Shown one piece after another: positions 25,384-37,460 of a stretch of DNA of 64,000 nt (its first letter is position 1; each line of letters begins with the position of its first letter). The stretch covers positions 77,190,001 through 77,254,000 of the forward strand of contig NC_043005.1 of NCBI RefSeq assembly GCF_006345805.1, in the 5' to 3' direction. A program made the translations under genes and the position numbers. Under the pieces are notes generated by a model. It saw only the letters and a list, made by a program, of their open reading frames with translations. It was not told the DNA's origin and did no database searches. Source of the DNA: Octopus sinensis (lineage: Eukaryota).

Positions 25384-25568
25384 GTATGTATATAGTATTA
25401 ATAATTGTAGGTGATGGATTTCGTATTAAACATTTATTAGGTACAACATATATTTCGACCCATCAGTCTGGAAGTATACCACAACTGCGGATGACAACAG
25501 GTATCCCAAACAGTGCAAGGGCTCTACTCAACATTTAAACCCACTAATCAACTTATACTTGTGTCCAA

Positions 25569-25600
<32 letters not shown>

Positions 25601-25601
25601 C

Positions 25602-26084
25602 ATTGAGTGAGAGAGCAGTTCATGCCATCAAAGTGACACTGGGGTAACTATACGAAGCCCAATATACCCATCATGACTACCTGTCTGATAAAGGTACACC
25701 AGGCACATGCATCACAACCATATGTGCGCGACATGGTGATCTCATATCAAGATAAACAGCACATGACCTTGCAGGTGGGGCCCAGTTAGAATTTTCTTCA
25801 GGTTGAGTAGCTCATCCCGCTCAAACGGTCCCTGAATAAGGGTTGTTTAAGGATGTTGAAAGAACCACCCATGTTTCCAGAGGTGAACTATTCAAACCCC
25901 AAAGAATTCCTCTCAACACATGGCTATGATGCTCCCCCACTACTTCTGCTCGTGATCAGAGATGCACATATCGTCAGCCACTAAGGGACATGCTCAACTG
26001 GTTATGGTCAAACAACTGACAAGCAAATCTGTGGTATTGAGCAGAATATTTGCTGTAGCCCATCTTTTATACCAAGACAAAACA

Positions 26085-26086
<2 letters not shown>
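25602..26086 (-). mobile_element. 5'-truncated non-coding retroposon inserted in (TAA)n
   Basis: Near-identical to 28262-28821, same 3' end, (TTA)n on both sides. Confidence 0.85.
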
Positions 26087-26152
<66 letters not shown>

Positions 26153-26389
26153 CATCATTATTATTATTATAGAGAGAGAGAATTTCATTCAGTTTCCGCC
26201 TGCCAAATCCTCTCACAAAGATATGCTCAGCCCGAGGCTATAGTAGAAAACGCTTGCGCACTTATGTGTGTATATGTGTTTTTGTCTTTTCCCGCCCTAC
26301 CTCCTGGCAACCGGTGTAAGTTGGTTTACGTCCCTGTAACCTAGCATTTCAGCAAAAGTGACTGATAGAATAATTAACACTAAAATCTC

Positions 26390-26423
<34 letters not shown>

Positions 26424-27841
26424 GGCTCGATTTGTTTCTCTAAATCCTTTCAAGGCGGTGCTCCAGCATGGCCGGAGTAGAATGGACTGAAACAAGTAAA
26501 AGAAAGATATTTGGATTGTTGTAGTAATAATGTTTTCTATATGTTCATTGTATTCAATGTCTAAGAAAGACAACGCTGCATTTTATAACACATAACTGGT
26601 TATAGATAGAACAGAGAATACTTTGTTCGCGTATAGAAGTACGAACAATGTACATATACGTTATACCACATTTCTTCCTTAGATCCCACGGTGAACAAAT
26701 GGGTTGCTGCCACGGATTTTATTAAAATTTGCTTTCAGTTCATATATAGCTTACGTTACCAATACTAAACATTTTATGTTCTCTTCTGTATCCAGTGCAA
26801 TTGTACACTGCTTGTTTTCATCAAACAATATTTTTCAAGTATTACATTGTGAAGCAATTCTGTTATGGTTTTTTTTGTTTGTTTCGATTGTTGTGTTTTG
26901 TGGTTTCCAGATCGCTTAGCATATAATTGTATTAAATCACATTGAATTCTTTCACACTTAAGCTTTATGGAAAATCCTGGTACATTCTCTTTCTTTTGTA
27001 TGTTTATTTGATATTCCATTCCTTTCGTTAATGGGAGTTATTAGGAATCTTTGACTTCCACAAATTGAACAATGCAGAAGAATCGATGTTATATCATTAA
27101 CAAGATAGAAAATAAGAACATACTGATCAATTCCGCATTAACCAGAATGTTCAAAGAATCCAAATAAGAGATTTTATTATGAAGTCGATGAGTAAATCCT
27201 ACCTCCTCTTCCAGATTAATTCACATGTCTATGATCCAAAATTAGATTCTAAACATTCCTCACTTCACAACAAATAACATTGATTTCCTTTTCCCCTAGA
27301 ATTGGTATTTCTCCGCTTGAATCTCATCAAACTTTGACTGAGTAGCCACTCGAACAAGATCCTGTTAAACCCAGTTACCAGATCCTATTGACTCGTACAA
27401 AATAATTTACCTAAGTCTTTTAAGAATCATGTTGGAAAACTTGTTTCCAAAAATCTCTATTTGATCAAAGCTGTCACCATGGTTTCAAAACCCAATATAT
27501 TTTCAGAGTTTTAGATGTCACAAAAATCAATAATTGTTTTAACATGTTCTGTGAACAAAACAGATTAAGACATAAAAATCTAAATGCAATAACAGTGCGC
27601 CTACGTACGAATAATCTGTCACGCAAACACACACACACACACACACACACATACACACTCTCTCTCTCTCTCTCTCTCACGTATGCACAGACACACATGT
27701 ACACGCATAGTAAAATTCATAGATAGTTTGGAGATATAAGTGTCGTTTGTGAGCTAACAAAAGGAACGAATTTATTCTTTTCACCTATTCGCAGCTTTTG
27801 AATTCCTAAATATCATAGTCACTTCTCAAAATGATAACGTA

Positions 27842-27894
<53 letters not shown>

Positions 27895-28045
27895 CTCAAA
27901 GGGACGAAAATATTTTGGCAAATTAAATTTAAATGTTAAAGTGAATCTAACCTTCCACGCTGCAATTGTTTTTCGCTCCAGCACACGATCTCAGATCAGG
28001 TCACTTGCTATGCATGTACACCTCCGGATATATATAATATATATA

Positions 28046-28078
<33 letters not shown>

Positions 28079-28197
28079 ATTATTATTTGAGGGAATAAAA
28101 TCCAAACTTACAAGGAAAAAGAATTCAATTTAGAAATACTAAATCAAATTCCACACAATATAATATATATAAAATATTAGATTTATATATATAAATG

Positions 28198-28251
<54 letters not shown>

Positions 28252-28261
28252 TATTATTATT

Positions 28262-28821
28262 ATTGAGTGAGAGAGCAGTGCATGCCATCAAAGAGACACT
28301 GGGGTAAAATATTCGAAGCCCAATATACCCATCATGACTACCCGTCTGATAAGGGTACACCAGGCACATGCATCACAACCATATGTGCGCGACATGGTGA
28401 TCTCATATCAAGATAAACAGCACATGACCTTGCAGGTGGGGCCTAGTTAGAATTTTCTTCAGGTTGAGTAGCCCATCCCACTCAAAAGGTCCCTGAATAA
28501 GGGTTGTTTAAGGATGTTGAAAGAACCACCCATGTTTCCAGAGGTGAACTATTCAAACCCCAAAGAATTCCTCTCAACACATGGCTATGATGCTCCCCCA
28601 CTACTTCTGCTCGTGATCAGAGATGCACATATCGTCAGCCACTAAGGGACATGCTCAACTGGTTAAGGTCAAACAACTGACAAGCAAATCTGTGGTATTG
28701 AGCAGAATATTTGCTGTAGCCCATCTTTTATACCAAGACAAAACAATGTACATGATAACACTTCCAATCAGTTAAGATCAGAAGCCATGAGAGCCACTGC
28801 CTGGTACTGCATCAGGGCATT
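28262..28821 (-). mobile_element. 560-bp non-coding retroposon inserted in (TAA)n
   Basis: (TTA)n on both sides; no long ORF; second copy 2.6 kb away. Confidence 0.85.
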
Positions 28822-28823
28822 TA

Positions 28824-28868
<45 letters not shown>

Positions 28869-28884
28869 GATTATTATTATTATG

Positions 28885-28934
<50 letters not shown>

Positions 28935-28944
28935 CATTATTTAG

Positions 28945-29160
28945 ACGGCAATCTGGCAGAATCGTTAGCACGCTGGGAAAAATGCATAGTGGTATTTCGC
29001 CCGTCGTTACGTTCTGAGTTCAAATTTCGCCGAGGTCAACTTTGCCTTTCATCTCTTGGGGTCGATAAATTAAGTATCAGTAAAACACTAGAGTCGATGT
29101 AATCGAATAGTCCTCCTCCCCCAAAATTTCAGGCCTTGTGTCTATAATAGAAAGGATTGT
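28945..29160 (+). mobile_element. CORE-type SINE (family B) monomer
   Basis: Head GGCAGAATCGTTAGCACG, core TTTGCCTTTCATC..GGGGTCGATAAATTAAGTA, tail CCCCCAAAATTTCAGGCCTTGTG. Confidence 0.85.
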
Positions 29161-29390
29161 TATGATTATATTTAAATTAGTTTGCTTCGACTCGATGCAA
29201 CAAAGTTTCGTAGCTTGTCATCTACGTCGGTCGGCTGAGACCAACAAATTAGATAAGGAGCCTGTGAAAATTTAAGTTTCACGTGGCCTACTGTTTCAAA
29301 ATTTTATATTTGTAACTCCTACTAAATGTGTTGTGTGCCTTTTTCTTTCGTTTGTCCACTCACTCGTGTGTGTATATAAGTACAAATATG

Positions 29391-29450
<60 letters not shown>

Positions 29451-29554
29451 TATAATATATATATGGGAGAGTTCACGAAAAAAGCAAAAGACGAAGCCAG
29501 GCGGTGTACAAAACAAACAGATGTATTAGTATAACACTCAGGAATAGAAGAAGT

Positions 29555-29590
29555 CTTTTACGTTTCGAGCCTAGGCTCTTCTACAGAAAG
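29555..29590 (-). ncRNA. Minimal type I hammerhead-like motif, A6U core variant
   Basis: rc CTTT-CTGTAGA-A-GAGCCTAGGCTC-GAAA-CG-TA-AAAG: stem I, palindromic stem II, ACGU minimal stem III, GUA triplet. Confidence 0.62.
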
Positions 29591-30794
29591 GGACACAGAA
29601 AAAAAACAAGGAGAGAAAAAAAAGGAGAGAAAAATATAAATATGTGTGTGTGTGTGTATGTAGGTATAAGCACGCAGACATCCATACATTCATACATACA
29701 TATACCCATTTAAATTAGTTTCTTTAATCATTTTCCAAATGGTTCAGACAAAAAAAATCAAATTTTTCCTTTCCATTAATGTCCTCGAGTTTGATTTTCT
29801 CCGCTTTTTAAGATAAAATATTCTTGACTTAGGCGCTCAGAGGATCTCTCTGTTACTTATGCATGTAATAGCCTTGAACTTTCTATTCATTGTAACACGT
29901 TCGGATTCCCATAGCAGCCTCGTTCAACAAAGATGCAATGGTTTCGATCAGGATGCATATTCTGTTCATGAATTCCTCATTTTTTTCTTACGAATTTACA
30001 AAGCAAGACACTCGGTTTTGAAATTTTTTAAAAAATATTATGTGCTCTAACTGGTATATTATGTGTAGCACGCAAGAATATAATCGAGAATACTGCTTGC
30101 ATTACGTAAGGTCTAATACTTGCCTGTGTTGGTTTCATTTGTTTCTGTTGAGACAGCTGTGAAAAAAGGAAATTATCACTCTTTCACTAATCTAGTCTGT
30201 CACTAAACCCGTTACTGTCTTGCTTAATAGTTGAGTGGAGTTACCATCAGAGACGTCCCAGCCGAAAGGAATAATTACCTGCTTAAAAATAATTACTGGG
30301 GTGGATTGATTTGATTAAAACTCTTGAAGTTAGTGCTCCAGCATGGCCACAGTCAAATGACTGAAACAAGTAAAAAATTAAAGATAAACGAATGCGCGAT
30401 TATGACTAGACTTATAACCAAAAGAATTCCAACCGTGCTTTTCATGTCTTTTTGGATATCTACAACGCCATTCTTCAATAGGTTCAAATGTGATGGATTG
30501 GGAGAAGAGTTGGGTCATTGAATGGTGATGTTTGTTCTGGTCCTATTCACTCCAAGTTCAAATGCCTCGGAGGTCAGCTTAGCTGTTCGTCCTCTCAGGG
30601 TTGTTAAAAACATAATTTGAGAGGTGGAATAAAATAATTGTACGAAAACTAGCACGGGTGCTTTGCAGATCACGGAGTTCCAAGTGAGAATCATATTATG
30701 GCCTACTTGGGTGTTGGCTTAATCTGCTACCTGGTTTGACATAATCATCTATCCCTATCGCTATCTTTAGAGGGAAACATTTTATTGTTTTCTA

Positions 30795-31432
30795 CTTTAG
30801 GCACAAGGCCCGAAATTTGGTGGGTGGGGCCAGTCGATTAGATCGACCCCAGTGCGTAACTGTTACTTAATTTATCGACCTCGGAATGATAAAAGGCAAA
30901 GTCGACCTCGGCAGAATTTGAACTCAGAACATAAAGGCAGACGAAATACTGCTAAGCATTTTGCCCGGCGTGCTAATGTTTCTGCCAGCTTGCCGCCTTA
31001 GGGCAGCATTATATTTATTTCTTTATTGCCCACTGGGGGTTAAACATAGAGGAGACAAACAAGGACAGTCAAAGGGATTAAGTCGATTACATCGACTCCA
31101 GTGCGTAACTGGTACTTATTTAATCGACTCCGAAAGGGTGAAAGGCAAAGCCGACCTCGGCGGAATTTGAACTCAAAATATAAAGACAGATGAAATACCT
31201 ATTACTACCCACAAGGGGCTAAACACAGAGGACAAGCAAGGACTGACAAACGGATTGAGTCGATTACATCGACCCCAGTGCGTAACTGGTACTTATTTAA
31301 TCGACCCCGAAAGGATGAAAGGCAAAGTCGACCTCGGCGGAATTTGAACTCAGAACGTAACGGCAGACAAAATACGGCTACGCAAATCGCCCGGCGTGCT
31401 AATGACTCTCCCAGCTCGCCGCCTTAGAGCTG
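30795..31432 (-). mobile_element. Three tandem CORE-type SINE units (dimer inserted at the head of a monomer)
   Basis: Three core repeats; 16-bp imperfect duplication AG(A/G)GC(T/A)GCATTATATT at about 31000 and 31425. Confidence 0.85.
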
Positions 31433-31589
31433 CATTATATTGCAAGCATTTGAGCAAGGCTTCCATTTTCAGAACATATTTCTTGCTTCAGCCTTCCCAT
31501 TACTCTTGCAAGCCCTGTAATGGGCATTGGACATTGCATTTCATCTTAACTAAAATATATCTTTTCATCTTTTTTATTTTACTTTTTTC

Positions 31590-31935
31590 AGTCATTATAC
31601 TGTGGCCATGCTGGAGTATCGCATTGAAGGATTTAATCAAACAAAACGAACCCAACACTCACTTTTTTAGAACCGCTTAGTTACGGGCGGGTAAACGCAC
31701 CAATACTGGTTGTCAACCGGTGGTAGGGGACAAACACAAACACAAAGACATCCCCCACATACATAGATATATATACATATATGTACTATGGGCTTCTTTC
31801 AGTTTCCGTTTACTAAATCTGCTCACAAAGTTTTAGTTGGTACAGGTCTGAAGTAGATTATATTTATCCAAACTGCCACTTAGTGGGTCTGAACACAGAA
31901 TTACGTGGTTGGAACGCAAAATTCTAATCACAGAG
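31590..31935 (-). mobile_element. SINE family A
   Basis: Family motifs on the minus strand. Confidence 0.7.
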
Positions 31936-32270
31936 CCACAAAGACGGTTTAAATCTGTAAGCAATTTTTGGAGCAGTTACAGAGAGTATAGTTTATCAAT
32001 TGAGAATTGGACATGAAAACTGAAGTGCTGATTAAAAGTTTAAAGTTTTAACCACTTATCTTCTAGTTTATAAATAACACTATGATTTGTTTAGTTTGCT
32101 CTCCTACTCGAAGTCTAGTAAATTATTTAATATCTTTACGCGTTCACAACTTTGAATCGAATGATTGAATTTCTGATCCAATATTTCATCTACGTCTCTT
32201 ATCCAATATGCCATTGACAAAAGAACCAGCGAGTATTGTTTATTGCCTGCGTATGAATGTAATTTAAAGA

Positions 32271-32332
<62 letters not shown>

Positions 32333-32784
32333 CATCATGAATACGTTTTGATCAGGATCATTCTTAACAATATAATTTTGAAGTTTAAGACGAAAACATG
32401 TAAAACGCAATAGAATTTCATCTGGATTGACATTCTTATACACACACATACACACACATACACACGCATACACACATATATATCTTTTAAATTTGATTAT
32501 GGGAAATGTTTTGAATATGGCAATAAAGCTTCTATTCTGTTATGCTTGCCAGTGTCTAGTGATGCTGACTCGTGAGCAAGTTTTTCAGGGTTGCTTCAAG
32601 TTATATCCATATAATGAAGGATAAATATAATAATAATAACGATAATCTAGGATGGAATTTACTCGCGTGGCGATGCATTAAATGTTTTTAAATTCCATCC
32701 TAGGATTGTGATATGTATGGGAGTCTGTGTGTGTGTGTGTGTCTGTGTGTGTGCGTGTGTATGTATGTGTGTGTGTGTATACTT

Positions 32785-33275
32785 TTTATCTTATACTTGT
32801 TTCAGTCATTATTATACTGCGGCCACGCTGGGGCGCCGCATTCAAGAATTTTTAGTTGAATGAATCGATCCTAGTACTTACATTTTGTTATACCGCGTAC
32901 TTGTTATATCGGTCTCTTTTGACGGACTGCTTGGTCATGGAGACGTAAATATACCAATACTGGTTGTCAAGCGATTGTTGGGGGCCAAACACAGACAAAG
33001 ACTCGCACGCACACAAATACACACACACACACAAACGCACGCACGCACACACACACACACACACACACACAACACACACACACACACATACACACACATA
33101 TATATATGTATATATATGTACAACGGTATTCTTACAGTTTCTGTCCACCAAATCCACTCTCAAGGCTCTGGTCAACCCGCAACTATAGTAAAAGTCACCT
33201 TCCCAAGATTCCACGGACTGGGACCAAACACAGATTCGTGTGGCTGGGAAGCAAGCTTCTTACCACACGGCCCTG
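32785..33275 (-). mobile_element. SINE family A with expanded internal (CA)n
   Basis: Family motifs on the minus strand. Confidence 0.75.
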
Positions 33276-33287
33276 CCAGCGCCACAA

Positions 33288-33318
<31 letters not shown>

Positions 33319-33319
33319 T

Positions 33320-33356
<37 letters not shown>

Positions 33357-34663
33357 AAGAAGAGGACTTTATATTCGCAAGTTGCTGCTATGACCCGTCA
33401 TATCCTATCGAACATTGAGCAAAACATCTGAAATTTTAAGAGACAAATATTGCTTCAATCCTTAACTTTTTTATAATTATTTTATAGGGTAGACATAAAG
33501 AGAAGTATTGGTCCCAGGAATTTTTTCTTATCTTTCGAGAACGGAGCCAGAAGGAGTGAAGGAACCCAAAACCTAGTGTGAATACTTTCAACGGAGGGGA
33601 TCCTGATTAATTCGCCTAAAAGCCGGGAAGAGGTGGTAAGTCGTACAACGGATTCACTCTATAACAAACAGACAGAACAGGTACGATCCAACGATTTTCT
33701 CTATTTTAACAATTTGTTTCTAGACACTTTAATCATAAGTTTTTGATTCACCCGAGGCTATGGTTGGAGAAAATTGCTCCTGTTCTCTCATTTTAATTAT
33801 ATCTATACCGTAAAATGTTTGGAGCATAGAAATTTCAAAACGTCAGATTTCTTATATAGTATGTACAGCCCTTTAATAGGCTTCCGACATTGCAATTTAT
33901 CGGTACTATATTTTTGTCACGTTTTTGTCTAATACCACAGAGCCATAAGCTATGGCTAGAATTTCTAGATCTGTAGTTATCATGTAATTCTTGTCTATAC
34001 CACTCTTTCGAACACTTTCAAAGTTCTTCGTTTCTATTATCACTCTGCTATATACTCATTTTAAGTGTAAACTGAAGTATTATCTATTTACTATAGAATT
34101 TTATCTCTTTATAAAACAATCCACCAACTTGTTATTACAGTCATATAAAATTGCTCGTCTTTTAATATTTGCCAGACTAAATATCATTATAGCGTCTTAT
34201 ACAAAATCAGTTGCCATCGATGTGCATTTTTACTCCAGACAAAATGTTTCGTTGCATTTAATTATAATATTTTACAGTTTTAGTTAAATCATGTTTTTAT
34301 TAAAATTCTTTGAAAAAATGAATAATTTATGGTCAAGAAATAATCTTTTTAAATTAAAATTTTATGGATTTGTTTTCGTGAAAATTATATATATATATAT
34401 TTAAAACTTATATATTATTGCTTCTTTACTTTTTTCTCTACACTAAATAAATTTATTTATTCACATATTTTTATAGAGGATCTTTTTATCTTTTTTGTTT
34501 TCTTCCAACCACTTGAAGATTTTTGAATTCTTAATGGATTCTTTTCAAATTTTCGAAATAAATGCAGTTTTGCATGCTGATGACGAATATTGCATTCATT
34601 TTCTCGGAAAATTAACATTTAAAGTTTAACATTTAAAGTTGTATATTTTTAACCAATAATACG

Positions 34664-35543
34664 GGTCTATGTCCTCACAAGCGGAAGTCGAAACTGTTTG
34701 CTGCCATAGTTACGGTGACAACAAACGAACTATCAGTGAAAATGCAGACAAAAGGAACCGTGAAAATTGAATATGTATTTTCTTAAAGAATTTAAAGAAA
34801 GAAAACCAGACAAGCAAAAAGGGGAGGTTTCTTTTTATTTAATTGAAAGAAAACTGATAAAATATTATTTTCTACCTGCCGCTAGAAATAACAGCCAAAA
34901 TAAAATGAAAACACATGGATTATCAATAAAAGATAATAGTGAACTAAAACAATGTTATGAAATTAACGAAACAGATATGTACTGCAGTATCTTTTGAAGC
35001 AAATCTTGGTTTTCCTGCTTGTGGCGCCACATAAACTCACAGAGATAAAAGTTTATTGTAGAACAATTAATGCATAACCGCCGTTAAACTCAAAGCTGTG
35101 TTTCAGCGTTCAATGGCGAAATTGGTACTCTGACATCTTAGAAATATGCAAGTATACGCGCCACAGGTCACTGTAAATAGTTGTTCTCGGCAGAACAGAT
35201 TGTCGTATGCAGTCTGTCACTCTATCATGATCTCGAGACAGAACAGTGAAAAAAAAACCCAAATAAATGAGCTTCTCGGGTTTCGCAACATACGCTGCCG
35301 AAAACCCACACCTGAAGGGACCACCGTCAATCTCCTTTGGGTTGCAGTGCAAATCTCACTCGCAGATCTCCTGTAAATAATTTCTATTGTCTACTGCGAC
35401 AGTAATATCAATCCTTAATTCCACCGTAAAAAACCAAGAACCTGCCAAATTCTTTCACCTGCTCGTCTTTTAATAAGCAATGATACACTGGAGTAGCCAT
35501 GACAACAACAAACAATTTCGACTTCCGTTATGAGGACACTGGC
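34664..35543 (-). mobile_element. Merlin/IS1595(ISXO2)-like DNA transposon, internally deleted and decayed
   Basis: About 30-bp TIRs GTCCTCA(CAAG/TAA)CGGAAGTCGAAA.TGTTTG; residual EIDGG.F, VLPRTTIYSDLWRVY, Y.FRH.TLKHSF and EFMWR motifs. Confidence 0.75.
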
Positions 35544-35855
35544 TCGAGCGTCTGATAGGGCAGTTAACATGACTTTCATCTATCATTTTCACCCTTTTTC
35601 TCATCTTATCATACAATATTTTTTTGATGTTCTCTGTCCCCAATGTGTGGTAGTGTCCCCTCTATGTAAAACCGTATGGTTATTTTAAAAAATAGCACTG
35701 GCTTGAGCGTCATTAGTTAAAAATACGTAAAATTAAATGCTTCTAACTTCTAATAGTAATATTGGACAGCAGCATGCAAAACTATATCAAGGTTCAGTTT
35801 TTGAAAATTTTCAGATTAAGATTTGTGATTGGAAAAAAACGGAGAAGATCCTTTT

Positions 35856-35856
<1 letters not shown>

Positions 35857-35886
<30 letters not shown>

Positions 35887-35935
35887 AAGAAGAAGAAGAA
35901 GAAGAAGAAGAAGAAGAAGAAGAGAAGAAGAAGAG

Positions 35936-35969
<34 letters not shown>

Positions 35970-35980
35970 GAGAGAGAAAC
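35857..35980. repeat. (GAA)n then (GA)n polypurine tract
   Basis: Direct reading. Confidence 0.9.
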
Positions 35981-37039
35981 ATCAAAAGTATAACGATTAA
36001 TCCTATCAGGGAGGACTTTTGAACTAATCTAAATATAAATGGTAAGAAAGTAAGTGGCACTCATAGTAGACTTCGATTTGTTACAAGGTCAGTCTAGGTC
36101 GCTGATCTGAGAATGACTTTTATCTTTCTTTTGTTCTTGCTCTTGGAGCCTATGAGAACGTGCATATATCATAAAAAGAAAATTAACATTCTCAAATGAG
36201 CTGGTGTTTATTTCAAACCATTTACTTAACCGAAGCGCACTTAAAAGGCCCTCATTAGAACTGAACTCAAAACCTATAAATTGGTGGTTGTTTATCCGCA
36301 CCGCCATTCGCTCTCACCGAAGTAATTAATATCTGGTTCAATTTGTCTTTAAACCTTCTAAGGTATATTTAAATGATTGCCTTCATTCCTTTAAAGTCTA
36401 TAAGATGTGTTCGGTGGAGACAAGAAATTTTCAACCTTTCACAAATTTGCCACAAAAAATCGTTTCCAGTTTCCCGACCAATATTGATGTCTTAGCTTCG
36501 TATTTGTTTGTGAGTTAGAGAATTATTCACAAATTTGAATACTATTATTGTTTAATAAGTGTTGATATAACGAAAGAAGAAAACAATTGGAATTTTTTAT
36601 TTCTTTTAAACTTATTGATAGTTTATAGATTTGATTGTTTAGGAATTTGAATTCATTATTCAAGAGAAATATATTTGTCTATTAAACGTGGATATACCGA
36701 CAGCAGATTGCATTGTTTGTTTGTTGTAAAAATTCACAACATAACTAAAAGTAATAAAAAGAACATGAAAAGAAAACAGGATAAAGATCTATCACATACC
36801 TACTCCAATCGTAATTATCAGGCGGCTTTTTTGTTTCTACAACGCTTGGAATCCTTTATACATAACCCACGATTCTTTATTACCGAACTTCTACCTTCAA
36901 TTCCAATATAAAAGAATGAATAAATTTTCTTTCATTGTAAAGATAAAGATGAGGTTTTAAAGATACCTTTAAGATGAAGAAAAAAGGAATTTTTGAAACT
37001 TTATTGTATAGTCACTTCCTCCACAGAACGCCTCAAATA

Positions 37040-37460
37040 GTTTTCAAATTTTGGCTCAAAGCCAGCAGTTTTGGAGAAATGACTTTGTCGATCCATCGAC
37101 TCTATTCACTGATCCTTTTTAATCGACTCCCGCCCCCACGTCATAGAGACAGAAGGTAAAGTTGACCGCGTCGAAATTTGAACCCAGAACGTAATGAATC
37201 GGAAGAAATACTACTAGCCATTTTGTCTGACGCTTGTTCGACGCCTTGCAAAGTCTTTATAATTTTTCTACTAAAGTTATAAGTCCTGAAATTCTAAGGG
37301 GGAAGTGACTAGTAGTTTAGATAGACCCCAGTACTCAACTGGTATTAATTTATCAATCAAGCGGAAAAGAGTAAAAGCACAGCCAACGTAAAGCCAGATG
37401 AAAAACTGTTGGAAATTTTTTCCATCACTCTAACAGTTCCACCAGCTCGTCGCCTTGCAA
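37040..37460 (-). mobile_element. Two decayed CORE-type SINE units
   Basis: Family B motifs; a similar decayed copy lies at 39060-39300. Confidence 0.6.

Noticed and set aside
33540-33680. Exon upstream of a strong GTG|GTAAGT donor
   Set aside because: All frames from available acceptors contain stops
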